From Macrostomum lignano (lineage: Eukaryota): a stretch of DNA of 64,000 nt. The notes beneath the pieces were generated by a model. That model was not told the DNA's origin, searched no databases, and was given only the letters and a program-made list of their open reading frames with translations. Position numbers and translations under genes: made by a program. Below are positions 39,251-55,545 of this stretch, piece after piece (position 1 is the first letter of the stretch; each line of letters begins with the position of its first letter). The stretch is from contig NIVC01000829.1 of NCBI GenBank assembly GCA_002269645.1, forward strand, positions 248,001-312,000, in the 5' to 3' direction.

Positions 39251-39314
39251 GGTAAATGGCAGCTGTACCTATGACATTTTAAGTAACAAAAGTGCCTCAT
39301 CATCTAATTAGTGA
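39251..39314 (+). other. Decayed 28S rRNA-derived fragment (same H69-H71 segment) upstream of PDSS2
   Basis: GGTAAATGGCAGCTGTACCTATGAC (20/25 identical), degenerate TTAAGTAACAAA middle, TGCCTCATCATCTAATTAGTGA (21/22). Confidence 0.75.
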
Positions 39315-41257
39315 TTTAAGTAGGCAACTAGTCTACTTTTCAAGTGAAGTTCAGCTTCAAGTGAACTTGCAAGAATTAAAACTTAGTAAAGAGTAAATCA
39401 GTTTGAATCAAATTTAATTCTTATATAACTAATCTAGCTAATTCTAATTACTAGTACTAACTGATATTACATTTATGCAATTTGATAACTTTATTGTGTC
39501 TATTTCCATAAGTCTATGCATTTGCATTTTGAAAAAAACCAACTAATGATTATATTTAAACAATGATTACCAAAAATGTTTTTGCAATTTCATGTTCAAT
39601 GATTCAAAGGTCCCAAAGTTTAGTAACTCTAATTGCTATAACTTTCTTTTAAATAGGTCATGCTATTGCAAAAATTAATAATATAATAAAAGATGTTGCA
39701 TTTTTTTAAATAAAGTTTTAATATACCTTTTCATTTTAAGAAGTTTTATTTCCTTTATTTAAATTTGCTTAGGTTTCTAGATTTTTTGTATTTGGAAGCA
39801 CATTTCAAAATATTTAGAAAATAAAATTTCCAAATTCAAAACATTTGTAGGCCTATTTCTCAAAAAGTGAGACTTTTTGTATTTGGATTCCAAATCCAAA
39901 TATATGGATTAATTACTTAAATATTTATATCTTAATATACTAATTAGTGCTAGGCCTATATTGTAATATATGCATAGTTTTATATATTATTATTAATTAG
40001 TGCTATAGGCCTACTCTTTATATTTAAAAAATATGTTAACATTAGCTTTAACTTTGTTTATCATTAGGTCTAGGCAGAGCTTGGTAACTATAATATACAA
40101 GTGATATTAAGTGACAACAGATATCTTATTGAAAATTTTCTAATATGCCTAATATTAATAACTTTGCTAATAAAGCTATATTAATTAAATAATTAGCAAG
40201 CCTTAAACTAAACTATATGAGATAAGCCTATAACTACTTTTATATGCTATCCACCTAGGCCCCCTATTTTTCACAATGTATCATAATATAATCTCAACCT
40301 ATTTCCATTGCATTGCCTTCTAATCCCTACATTTTCTCCTTGCATTAGGATATCTAGATCTTCATATTTATTAAAATATATAACTGTCTATAATTATAAA
40401 TGGCATGGCATATTTTTTTGTAAGTGTAAGTCATATAGGGCTAATATTAATAAGAATAATAATGAACTAATGCAATGCCTAGGCCTAACATAAAAACTCA
40501 AACAGACCTAGGTAGCTAAGTTGAAGTTGAACAAGACAAGTCTATGTTATTAATCATTGTATTCTAGACCAAGGCAAAATTACAATAAAATTACAATTAC
40601 AATAGTCCTCTTATTCAGTGCCAGCCCAGAAACCTTTTAGCAGAATAGCAGAGAAGTAAGGCCAACAACAATGGCAAGGGTTTAGGCCTAATGGCAATGC
40701 ATAGGGTACTCTTTTGATTTTGGCTTTTTCCATAGGGTAGGCCTAATCCTAATTGGTGATTGCAACCCTCAACTAACATTATGTTTAGGCCTATTTTGTG
40801 AGCCATCCATTTTCTTATTTGAAAAACGAGTATGCCCAAAATAGTAAATATTAAATAATTGGAATTGTCTAGACTAAACATACAAGGACTTCCGACCTAG
40901 CGGATATAATTTTATATAACCGTGATAATATACAGGCTGCTGCACCGCATGCCTGGATTATTGAATTCATACCAACAAGTCGGACGCCCCAATGTCACTT
41001 TACTCAGTGAACGCCTGAAGAGAGCGCGCATTGCTCTGATCAAAAATGTCAAGTGACGCTAAACTGAATTTTTGCTGTTTAAAGATCCCAAGTTTAAACA
41101 AATTTTACAATCTATAAACTAAAAACAAAAATATTTTACGTATTCTTAGCTATAAATGCATTTATTTTTGGGTATAAATGCGTGACTGTGACAATTTATT
41201 TTTTTAATAGAAAAAAGTGCGTAAACTTAAACATAGAATGAATGGGATATTAACAGG

Positions 41258-41526
41258 CAGGGGCGGATTTAGGGGGGGCGGCCGCCACCGCTTCCCCCCC
41301 AAAATAGCTTGACAGAACATATTGCGCCCCCCGAAAACCTAAATTTGCGCCCCCTAAACTCAATTTTTCGCCTCTTAACGCCTTTTTTGCGCCCCTAAGC
41401 TTAATTTTTCGCCCCCTACACGCATTTTTGCGCCCCCTAGCTTAAAAATTGGCGCCCCTTATACTCGTGTTGGCGCCCCAAACTTGGACCGCCCCCCCCG
41501 CAAATGAAACTCTAGATCCGCCACTG
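41258..41526. mobile_element. hAT-superfamily MITE (269 bp)
   Basis: TIRs CAGGGGCGGATTTAG / CTAGATCCGCCACTG (13/15) and a perfect 8-bp TSD TTAACAGG at 41250-41257 and 41527-41534. Non-coding interior with GCGCCCC repeats. Confidence 0.88.
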
Positions 41527-42289
41527 TTAACAGGGTTAACAGGGCCGGCGCTTGACCGCTGATTGCCCAGCCACATTTTGACTGAAAAACAGAACTTTTC
41601 AACATGCAGTGAGTTCACAGAGTATGTCTGTTGCAATGGTTTTTTGAGTTGAGATTTTTGTCAAGAAGTCTTCTCGGTAAAGGCAAATTGTGTCACTGCA
41701 TATTACATGACAAAATCCGATAATACTTTTCACATGCATGTGAACACGCATGTATACACGTACGCTCTAATGAAAGTAGAGCTTACAGCAAAAATAAGCG
41801 TAACTCAAGGTTATACAAAACACTGCTTGTGGTACAGAGAATACCTACGTGTAAATAAATGTTAGAATTAATAGCTGTATGTGATCGATACATGTACTCG
41901 TAGAATATATAGTAGCTATAAACATGGACAAAATCATTAATTCCAAGTTTATTCATAGACTTTTGAACAAAAATACGTACTGAAAAAATGTCCCTTCTTT
42001 AGTTGAACTTCCATCGAATTCTTTTCGAACTTAAAAAAATCTGATGCAATTCATTTTTCGCCTTCCACCATGAGGGAATTCCTAATAAAAGGAATAGGAA
42101 TAGGAATGGGAATTCGGTTGAGCCGAATGAGCAGAATTCCTATAAGGGATATTTCTAATGACAATGAGGCGAATTCGACCAAATAAACCGAATTCATACT
42201 GCAGGAAACTTCTAATGAAGGGTTCCTAAAGAAGGGAATTCCTAGTAGAATGAGGAGAATTACTATATATACTGATAAAGGGAATTCCT

Positions 42290-43350
42290 AGTGAAGGGAA
42301 TTCCTAATGAATGGATTTTTTAATGAATGAATTTCTAACGATGGGAATTCCTAATGATTATAATTACTGATGAGGGGAATTTCTAACGATGGGAATTCCT
42401 AATGATTATAATTACTGATGAGGGGAATTTCTAACGAAGGGAATTCCTAATGATTATAATTACTGATGAGGGGAATTTCTAACGAAGGGAATTCCTAATG
42501 ATTATAATTACTGATGAGGGGAATTTCTAACGAAGGGAATTCCTAATGATTATAATTACTGATGAGGGGAATTTCTAACGAAGGGAATTCCTAATGATTA
42601 TAATTACTGATGAGGGGAATTTCTAACGAAGGGAATTCCTAATGATTATAATTACTGATGAGGGGAATTTCTAACGATGGGAATTCCTAATGATTATAAT
42701 TACTGATGAGGGGAATTTCTAACGAAGGGAATTCCTAATGATTATAATTACTGATGAGGGGAATTTCTAACGAAGGGAATTCCTAATGATTATAATTACT
42801 GATGAGGGGAATTTCTAACGATGGGAATTCCTAATGATTATAATTACTGATGAGGGGAATTTCTAACGAAGGGAATTCCTAATGATTATAATTACTGATG
42901 AGGGGAATTTCTAACGATGGGAATTCCTAATGATTATAATTACTGATGAGGGGAATTTCTAACGAAGGGAATTCCTAATGATTATAATTACTGATGAGGG
43001 GAATTTCTAACGAAGGGAATTCCTAATGATTATAATTACTGATGAGGGGAATTTCTAACGAAGGGAATTCCTAATGATTATAATTACTGATGAGGGGAAT
43101 TTCTAACGAAGGGAATTCCTAATGATTATAATTACTGATGAGGGGAATTTCTAACGATGGGAATTCCTAATGATTATAATTACTGATGAGGGGAATTTCT
43201 AACGAAGGGAATTCCTAATGATTATAATTACTGATGAGGGGAATTTCTAACGAAGGGAATTCCTAATGATTATAATTACTGATGAGGGGAATTTCTAACG
43301 AAGGGAATTCCTAATGATTATAATTACTGATGAGGGGAATTTCTAATGAA
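42290..43350. repeat. Highly homogeneous 48-bp minisatellite
   Basis: AACGAAGGGAATTCCTAATGATTATAATTACTGATGAGGGGAATTTCT units. Confidence 0.95.
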
Positions 43351-44324
43351 GGCCATGCAAAAGTGTACACTGTTAATGCACTGTGAGCAGCCAAGCGAAG
43401 TATCCAACAGCCATGCAAACTCAGTCCATGGACTCTCGTCCCCATCTAGTCTAAACCAATTTACTCAAAAGCGCGGCCTGGGGGGGGGCATGACTTCGTT
43501 GCCAGCTTAAATGCAATAAAAAATGTTTCTCGTGTCCCTCTTCATCTACATCTCGAACTCGAGGAGATAATATCAACAGAGAAGAATTTCTACTGGGCAA
43601 TTGCTCCTCTTTGAGCACTGCTCGATCGAGTGAACCAGAAAGAGGGGAAATGGAAAAAGACTGATCATACAAGCAATCAAGAATTTAGAGATTGGCTTTG
43701 AGAGTCAATCATGATTTTCTGTTTAGAATGACTGTATACTTCCTAGGAAGCTGCATGCGCGGGGATTGCTGCAAAGTGGGGTAGAAACATCGTCATCATT
43801 CAACTCGCTTGCCAGTCCCCCGATGCCAGTAATATTCCTAAAATATCATACAGCCTCCCCACCTTGCATGCTGTGCGCTCGTACAAGTGGCTTCTCGACA
43901 TTAACTACATGTAGCTTGTCTAAATTCCCCTGGGTAATTTCCCAGGGAATTCCCCTTCCCTGCTGCCAACTTCGGTAGCGTGGGGGTGGGGAAGATGCGC
44001 AGATCATGGGGAAAGTGGTTGAGAGGCAACTGAGATTTCAGGAATGGTTTAGGGAGTTTAGTTATGGCAGGAGGAGGAAGGATGAGCAAGAGAAAAACTC
44101 CCACAGTAAGTTCAGCCTCACTCTGATCTGCGATCGCAACTTCATTACTCTTCTAGCTGGCCGGCCTGGAACCCCCCACAGACTGTAACGATTTTTTCCT
44201 ATAAATTCCACTTCGATTTTTTTTCATATCAGTTTATTTTGTCCAGCATTGAGCACTTTCAATAATGAATCCACATTTTATATAGTTGTGATTTTTTAGA
44301 TATAGTTCAATAATGAATAGAGAT

Positions 44325-45228
<904 letters not shown>

Positions 45229-45984
45229 TACGCAGCTACCTCCCAAACTTCAATTTTTGTATACGATTACGCCTATCTCAGAAGCATCTATGTATGTGTG
45301 CGTATAAAACCGCAGACTGCCACATTTCAAGGGACTTTGGGGATCCATGAGACGAGTAGGACTGAACTGCATACTTCAAATCGAGCAGCTCAGATGGAGA
45401 GAAGAGAGGCTGAGAGAAAGATTGTGGTTATGTGTGTGTGGGGGGGGGGTTGATGGAGCGCGGGAGAGAGGCACCGAGGAAGCTTCTGGGACAGCCTCCG
45501 CCTACACAGGAGAGGTGGGGCTGACGCAGGGGAGTGGATCTGTGATTGGCCCTGGGTCGGGGGTGCGGCGAGCGATCATGACCCAAGGGGCTGATGGAGA
45601 TATGCGCAGGCCGTATATTATGGGGGGTTGCGCATCCCCCCGGGCAAACTCAAAGCAACTCGCTGAGTCAGCGTGAGTCCACTGCAGGAGAAGAAAAAAC
45701 GGTCTCAAATATTTCAATTCATAGTTACTAATCGACTAATTATTAATATAATTGTTAGAATTCATAAAATTTGTCGATTATGTTTCATAACTGAATTGAA
45801 CTGTTCTGTTTCACAGGTGAGATTCTCTTCAAAATTTCATTTTTTATTTTTTTATAAACCCGTTGGTTGTCACCCTGCATGCATCTTTCTGTTCAAATAT
45901 CTTCCGCACTATTGAACACAGCCCTTCTTAGCGTGTGCTGAATTTCCTAAAAATATTATTACCTGTTATTTGATCTCACTACCC

Positions 45985-46770
45985 AAAACACTTCTCAATC
46001 TCTCAACCCTTCCCGAAACCTTTCTCAGTATCTCAACCCTTCCCGAAACCCTTCTCAATCTCTCAACCCTTCCCGAAACCCTTCTCAATCTCTCAACCCT
46101 TCCCGAAACCTTTCTCAGTATCTCAACCCTTCCCGAAACCCTTCTCAATCTCTCAACCCTTCCCGAAACCCTTCTCAATCTCTCAACCCTTCCCGAAACC
46201 TTTCTCAGTATCTCAACCCTTCCCGAAACCCTTCTCAATCTCTTAACCCTTCCCGAAACCCTTCTCAATCTCTCAACCCTTCCCGAAACCCTTCTCAGTA
46301 TCTCAACCCTTCCCGAAACCCTTCTCAATCTCTCAACCCTTCCCGAAACCCTTCTCAGTATCTCAACCCTTCTCGAAACCCTTCTCAATCTCTTAACCCT
46401 TCCCAAAACCCTTCTCAGTATCTCAACCCTTCTCGAAACCCTTCTCAATCTCTTAACCCTTCCCAAAACCCTTCTCAGTATCTCAACCCTTCCCGAAACC
46501 CTTCTCAGTATCTCAACTCTTCTCGAAACCCTTCTCAGTATCTCAACCCTTCTCGAAACCCTTCTCAATCTCTTAACCCTTCCCAAAACCCTTCTCAGTA
46601 TCTCAACCCTTCCCGAAACCCTTCTCAGTATCTCAACCCTTCCCGAAACCCTTCTCAGTATCTCAACCCTTCTCGAAACCCTTCTCAATCTCTTAACCCT
46701 TCCCAAAACCCTTCTCAGTATCTCAACCCTTCCTAAAACACTTCTAAACCCCCAACCCTTCTCAAAACCC
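45985..46770. repeat. 30-bp minisatellite
   Basis: CTTCTCAATCTCTCAACCCTTCCCGAAACC units. Confidence 0.95.
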
Positions 46771-47824
46771 TTCTCAAAACCTTTTATAACCCTATACCTA
46801 CCCTAGCACAGCCTAACTATTGGTACCTCTAGCCAACCCAGCGAGATGCGAGCTGGTATAAAAATTTTTTTTAATTAGATAGAATTGTGTTCACCGTTTA
46901 GCTGATTAAGTTATTAATTTGGTATTCAAGCTATAATTTTGTACAGTTAACAAAAATATGCCTATGAAACAAAAAAGTAGAATGAGGTCTAAAGCTATTT
47001 GATGAAGAGGGGCGAAGAAAGGATCTTGAGACTAAATAAGGAAGCTGAAGCGACCCTAGCAACTAATACTGCTTTGAAGTTTCCCAGTCAGTCTTCCCCT
47101 TTGTGCTGACGTTAGCGTAAAGCCGTTAACTTCATTTCTGCCTGCTTCAACCGGCACTGGGCTGAGAGAGTTGCGAGAGGGAAAGTGCAACTCTGAAGAG
47201 GAAAAAGGTGGCGAAATGTTGAAGAAAAGTGGGGGGGATGAGGAAAGCAGGTACTGTGTAGCTTATGAGGAATTAGTGGGATGTAAGAAGAGGCGGATGG
47301 ATAGGCAGGCAGGCAGGTTACCATCTGCAGCTCTCGCGATGCATAATATATCCCTATGGAGACCCTGCTAGCTAGCTGGAGAACTTCTACCCCCCACCCC
47401 TAGATAGCCTGACCTTGTGCCTGCCTTTCTAACATGAAACTTCTTGAATTAAATAAGTGACACGTTCCTTCTCCGAGGGGGGTTCTCACCGGCTCGCCTA
47501 AGGTGAGTGAGCCACTGTAGGCTGGCACAGACTGCACCTCATGTTATAGGTATTACCCTGCCTAACCAAATTAATTGGATTATATAGGGATATAAAAATT
47601 CACCTGTGATAGAGACAGGTAATTTCTTGTTTTCTTGTTAGTCGGTTTAATTAAAACTTTGGGTAAGTGTCATGTTGGTTGATATCCGAAGCATATTATT
47701 GACTTGACCTTGCAGTGTCCGCACTGTTGTAAATGCTCTCAGTTAGTCTGTCCCTTAAAAATTTAATGATTACTTAGCAAATGAAGAGGACATTTTTAGG
47801 ATCGCTGAGGTGCTAAAAAAAGAC

Positions 47825-48300
47825 CCATAAATGTTAGATAAAGACTCATAAGTGTTAGACAAAGACTCATAGGTGTTAGACAAAGACTCATAGGTGTTAG
47901 ACAAAGACTCATAGGTGTTAGACGAATACTCATAATTGTTAGACAAAGACTCATAGGTGTTGGACAAAGATTCATAGGTGTTAGACAAAGACCCACAGAT
48001 GTTAGACAAAGACCCATAAATGTTAGACAAAGACTCATAGGTGTTAGACAAAGACTCATAGGTGTTAGACAAAGATTCATACGTGTTATAGGAAGACTCA
48101 TAGATGTTAGACAAAGACTCATAGATGTTAGACAAAGACTCATAGATGTTAGACAAAGACTCATAGATGTTAGACAAAGACTCATAGATGTTAGACAAAG
48201 ACTCATAGATGTTAGACAAAGACTCATAGATGTTAGACAAAGACTCATAGATGTTAGACAAAGACTCATAGATGTTAGACAAAGACTCATAGGTGTTAGA
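47825..48300. repeat. 21-bp minisatellite
   Basis: GTTAGACAAAGACTCATAGAT units. Confidence 0.95.
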
Positions 48301-49029
48301 CGCCATTTGTGTTGGAATCCTAAGCTTTACTTTAGACAAAGAATGATAAGTGTAAGGCTAATATTTACAGGTGTTAGACAGAGACTCATATGCGTTAGAC
48401 AAGTAACGAAATGAGTTAAACAAAGACTACGAATACTTAACGCAAAATAAGTTCTAGCCATTAATTAACAGCTTAATCATAAAACTTCGTGCAGATAACA
48501 GCGTAAACATGGAATTAAATAGTCAGGCTCCAGGTGAGTGGACTATAAAAGTAATTTCCAAGACATAATATAAGCATACATAAATACCCTGCACACTAGA
48601 GGCATGCCAGCACGTCTCATAGGCAAAACCAAATTCAGTCAAGAGCTCAGGAAGCACCGTGCTCTCACAGTCTGCAGGCCAGGGGCTACTGGGGATGGTA
48701 GGATGAGGCTAGGGGGGGGGGGCTGCAGCATCCGGAGCCCGGCATTGCCCGTGAGGCGTGTTAAAAGCAGAAATACGCCTGCACTGAGAGCTAAAAGAAG
48801 ATGACGGCTGGCGCTTGAGCACTTAACTTTAACCGTACGCTTGAGCTTCGCCTTTAGAGTTCACTTCTTCACTTCATCTTCTACAGCTGCCATCAAATCT
48901 TAAACATTTTCAAAATGGCTTCTGAAGTATGCTTTCAGATGTACGTGCATCTTTTAAATAATTCCCCGAATTCCCCAAACTCCCCAACTTCCATAATTCC
49001 TCAAATTCCCCTTCTCGTTTGACGAGAAT

Positions 49030-50350
49030 TCTCTATAAATACCACTGTGTCTCTTAAGAATTCTTTAATACCCCTGGATCTCTCAAAAATTCTCTAAATA
49101 CCCCTGTGACTCTAAAATAATTCCCTAAATACACCTGAGTCTCTCAAGAATTCTCTAAATACCCCTGCGTCTTTCAAAAATTCTCTAAATACCCTTGTGA
49201 CTCTAAAATAATTCTCTAAATAGCCCTGCGTCTGTTAAAAATTCTATAAATACCCCTGCGTCTCTCGTGAATTCTTTAAATACACCTGGGTGTCTCAATA
49301 ATTCTCTAAATACACCTGAGTCTCTCAAGAATTCTCTAAATACCCCTGCGTCTTTCAAAAATTCTCTAAATACCCTTGTGACTTTAAAATAATTCTCTAA
49401 ATAGCCCTGCGTCTGTTAAAAATTCTATAAATACCCCTGCGTCTCTCGTGAATTCTTTAAATACACCTGGGTCTCTCAAGAATTCTCTAAATACCCCTGC
49501 GTCTTTCAAAAATTCTCTAAATACCCTTGTGACTCTAAAATAATTCTCTAAATACCCCAACGTCTCCCAAGAATTCCTTAAGAAAATACCCAATAATCCT
49601 ACCTTGGAATTTCTCAATATATCTAACGTTATGTTCACCACTAGAATCCTTATGAAGCTACTATTATTTACCAAACAAGAAGTTGAAATACTGATATGTC
49701 GTGAGATCCAATATCAGTTTCCATACTGCATACTGTGCCCAGATACATATCTGTCCACAGCAGCTAATGACGGTATCCCGCGCATTCGCGGCGATGCTTG
49801 GCGGTGCCATTAATCAATGACATCTTCGATCTGGGACCATATTTGCTGTCACAGCTAGCCCATGCGTGATTGCAATACAGGCTGCCCTTCCCAAATCTAT
49901 CTATCTTTATATTCGTCGTAGGATTTGATGTTAAAAAGTATCCATTTACCATAGCCGTTCTTATGCAATCGATTTATTCTGTTTACTCGTACTAAAGCAC
50001 TGAGACAGCGATAAAAATATGTTGCAGGATCTGTTTGAGACAGGGAGAAAATATTTAGGGTATTGATGGTATTGTTGACTGAAAAATATGAATTCGTTCT
50101 ATATTGCTTTATATCCTTACTAATACAGGTTATTTTGGCTTTTATGGAGTGCTCAGTTAGCTTCTGGAGTGCTCAGTTAGTTTCTGGAGTGCTCAGTTAG
50201 CTTCTGGAGTGCTCAGTTAGCTTCTGGAGTGCTCAGTTAGCTTCTGGAGTGCTTAGCTAGCTTTTGGAGTGCTCAGTTAGCTTCTAGAGTGCTCAGTTAG
50301 TTCTGGAGTACTTAGCTGGATTCTGGAGTGCTCAGTTGACTTCTGGAGTG
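49030..50350. repeat. Degenerate ~32-bp array (49030-49560) and 20-bp CTTCTGGAGTGCTCAGTTAG array (50150-50350)
   Basis: Direct inspection. Confidence 0.8.
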
Positions 50351-50886
50351 CTTAGATAACTTCCGATGTGTTGTATATTAAGCTTTTGGAGTCCTCAGTT
50401 AGCCTCTATGGGGTGTCAGTCAGCTTCCATATAGGTGCATGTCAGTAATCGAAAGTAGCGTCAGAAGGGTACCCCTATGCTTTAATCCGTCCACATGAAC
50501 TCTCATCAAATCGATCATTAGCTATCAGATCTCGCTACATGCATAGAAGAGACAGCTCAATACAACTTTATAATTGCTCGCCTCCTAACTTTGATGAGGC
50601 CCAGAGACTGGCGCTAATGGATTATACGGACTCGGCAAACACTGTATAGATGAAGGCTTAATATTTGAACAGCTATTCAGAAAAGAGCCGGACTGACGGC
50701 AACAAGTAACAGTTAAAAAGGTGGGCGGGGCCAGCGACCCTCGATGAAAAAAGTTAATTAGAACACTTTTCACTGTGTCCGAGGGCTATTTTTTGTCACT
50801 AATTGGCTGACCACGGAGGCTGCAAGCTCAATAATTAGGCAAGAAAATTGTGCGAAACAAAGGTGAACTCCCCTTTGAAGCGTATG

Positions 50887-53283
<2,397 letters not shown>

Positions 53284-53302
53284 CCACCCCCTGTTCCTCC
53301 AG

Positions 53303-54406
53303 TCAGACGCCGTGATGGGCCAGTCATCCAGCAGCGACCTTCGCCCAGAGCCGCCCCCGCCGCTGGCCTGGTTCCGAGTTCACCGACTGAGCAGCAGCAG
53401 CCTGCAGGCCGACTGGAGCTGGGCCGCCCCCGTAGCCTCCAGCCACCTCCTTCTGGTGCCATCCGACGTTTCAACCGACGACAAATCCGAGCCGTCATAT
53501 TCCTCGTCTGCAGCCGGTGCACTGTCGCTGAGGCCGGCTCATCGAGTCCGACTGAGTCCCGCAGCGGAGACCTACTCAGTTGAGGACCTGCAGCCTGACA
53601 CAGCCTACCGAGTCTGTCTGCAGTTCAGCCCAGCAGCGGCAGGTGCAGCTGTCCAGTCCAACACAACCAGCTCCAGTCGCCATCAGACGCGCCCAGTGGA
53701 GGCCATGCACTGCGTGGACGCCAGCACCAAGCAGGCGCACATTCCGGCCAGCATCGGCAGCTGTGTCGGCGCTCTGTGCGCCCTGCTACTCGTGCTCACC
53801 CTGGTGCTCCTGTCGCGGCGGACGAAACGCTATCGAAAAATCAATGAACGACAGACTTCGTCGAAACGAGTAGCGCAGGAGAGCGCGCTTCTGCAGCAGC
53901 AGCAGCAACAGCAAGCGGCTGCTGCTGCGGCGGCTGCTGCGGCGGCTTCTGCGGCGGCTGCTCCTTCATCCCCATCAGCTCAACCGCAGCCTCCACCTCC
54001 GCCACCGCCGCCACCTCCCCTGGCCACGCCCAGCCTGTGCGAGCCCGAATCTCTACTCGATGCGGAAGCCACGTCCGCTGAAGCAACCGCAGTGTCAGAC
54101 CTGCCCCAGGAGATGTCTACCTCTTTAATATCCTCGTGCACCATCAACGGGCGCCAGGTGATCCAAGTGAATGAAACGGACGAATATTCTATCGATCTGC
54201 GCCATTGCGAGACTCTGTCGCGTCAGCAGAGCCTGAGAACTGCAGCCACGCTGAGCGACACTGATGGAGCGCAAGAGATGCAGGACAATTACGAGAACTA
54301 CTCAGATGAGGAAAGGAAAGAGGCTGCAGATGAGGAAGAGTTGGTTGATCATCAGCAAACAGCAACTTCTGCACTGCTGTACACGCAGCTGATTGAGACA
54401 CTATGA
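53303..54406 (+). CDS. Terminal exon of a single-pass membrane protein: FN3 domain + TM helix + cytoplasmic tail (FLRT/LRFN/FNDC-like); 5' exon(s) with a signal peptide not identified
   Basis: Acceptor CCTCCAG|TCA at 53303. WSW...YSVEDLQPDTAYRVCL...HCVDAST FN3 pattern, TM IGSCVGALCALLLVLTLVLL, and RRTKRYRK stop-transfer. Confidence 0.75.
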   Translation, partial: SDAVMGQSSSSDLRPEPPPPLAWFRVHRLSSSSLQADWSWAAPVASSHLLLVPSDVSTDDKSEPSYSSSAAGALSLRPAHRVRLSPAAETYSVEDLQPDTAYRVCLQFSPAAAGAAVQSNTTSSSRHQTRPVEAMHCVDASTKQAHIPASIGSCVGALCALLLVLTLVLLSRRTKRYRKINERQTSSKRVAQESALLQQQQQQQAAAAAAAAAAASAAAAPSSPSAQPQPPPPPPPPPPLATPSLCEPESLLDAEATSAEATAVSDLPQEMSTSLISSCTINGRQVIQVNETDEYSIDLRHCETLSRQQSLRTAATLSDTDGAQEMQDNYENYSDEERKEAADEEELVDHQQTATSALLYTQLIETL

Positions 54407-54524
54407 AATGCTTTATTATTCAGAGTATGTATCAGGGGTTGGCAGACTCCGGCCCTCCTATCTGTTTAGCCTTCGGATTCTTTGGAACTTCACAGTCTCT
54501 TCTCAGATCTCTTCTGTCTTGTCT

Positions 54525-55545
54525 CACATCTCTCTCCCCTTTTCTCTCCTGTCTCACATCTTCTCTCTACCCCTCTTCTCTCCTGTCTCACATCTTCTCT
54601 CACCCCTCTTCTCTCCTGTCTCACATCTTCTCTCACCCCTCTTCTCTCCTGTCTCACATCTTCTCTCTACCCTCTTCTCTCCTGTCTCACATCTTCTCTC
54701 TACCCTCTTCTCTCCTGTCTCACATCTTCTCTCTACCCTTTTCTCTCTTGTCTCACATCTTCTCTCACCCCTCTTCTCTCCTGTCTCACATCTTCTCTCA
54801 CCCCTCTTCTCTCCTGTCTCACATCTTCTCTCACCCCTCTTCTCTCCTGTCACATCTTCTCTCACCCCTCTTCTCTCCTGTCACATCTTCTCTCACCCCT
54901 CTTCTCTCCTGTCTCACATCTTCTCTCACCCCTCTTTATTATTATTATTAGAGGCAGGGGGGTTGTGTGCACCCTGGCGCAATTTAAGCGACATTGTCAC
55001 ACAACCGGCGAGAGGCATTACTGCCCATTCCGCCGACTCCCCTGAGCAGGCATACAAGCGCGCGGATACGTTACGCAGGCACACACTCACACAGGAGTGT
55101 ACAGCGGCCCTAACTTTATCAATTGTTAGGCATGTACACTTCACTGCGCCTTGGGGGGGTTGGCTCTCAAGGCCGTTAAGCGAACCAAGCCAAGATTCCA
55201 ATCCAGCCCCAAATTAATGTGGCTGCACTTGGAATCGAGCCTGGGTTGCGGCACACCAGAGCAGCTGCGCTACCGCTGGGCTACGGCCCCCTCTCACCCC
55301 TCTTCTCTCCTGTCTCACATCTTCTCTCACCCCTCTTCTCTCCTGTCTCACATCTTCTCTCTACCCTCTTCTCTCCTGTCTCACATCTTCTCTCTACCCT
55401 CTTCTCTCCTGTCTCACATCTTCTCTCTACCCTTTTCTCTCTTGTCTCACATCTTCTCTCACCCCTCTTCTCTCCTGTCTCACATCTTCTCTCACCCCTC
55501 TTCTCTCTTGTCTCACATCTTCTCTCTACCCTCTTCTCTCTCCCC
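54525..55545. repeat. 33-bp CT-rich minisatellite interrupted by the SINE (repeated at ~57633-58650)
   Basis: CACCCCTCTTCTCTCCTGTCTCACATCTTCTCT units. Confidence 0.9.
54936..55290 (-). mobile_element. tRNA-derived SINE, full length (~355 bp)
   Basis: Head GGGGCCGTAGCCCAGCGG with A box at +8, B box GGCTCGATTCC at +50, (TAA)n tail. Flanking direct repeat CTCTCACCCCTCT (within a minisatellite, so the TSD is ambiguous). Confidence 0.85.

Noticed and set aside
49604-49952. Short ORFs in a unique GC-richer island
   Set aside because: They are about 60-70 aa, have no recognisable motif, and have no compatible splice path into the FN3 exon.
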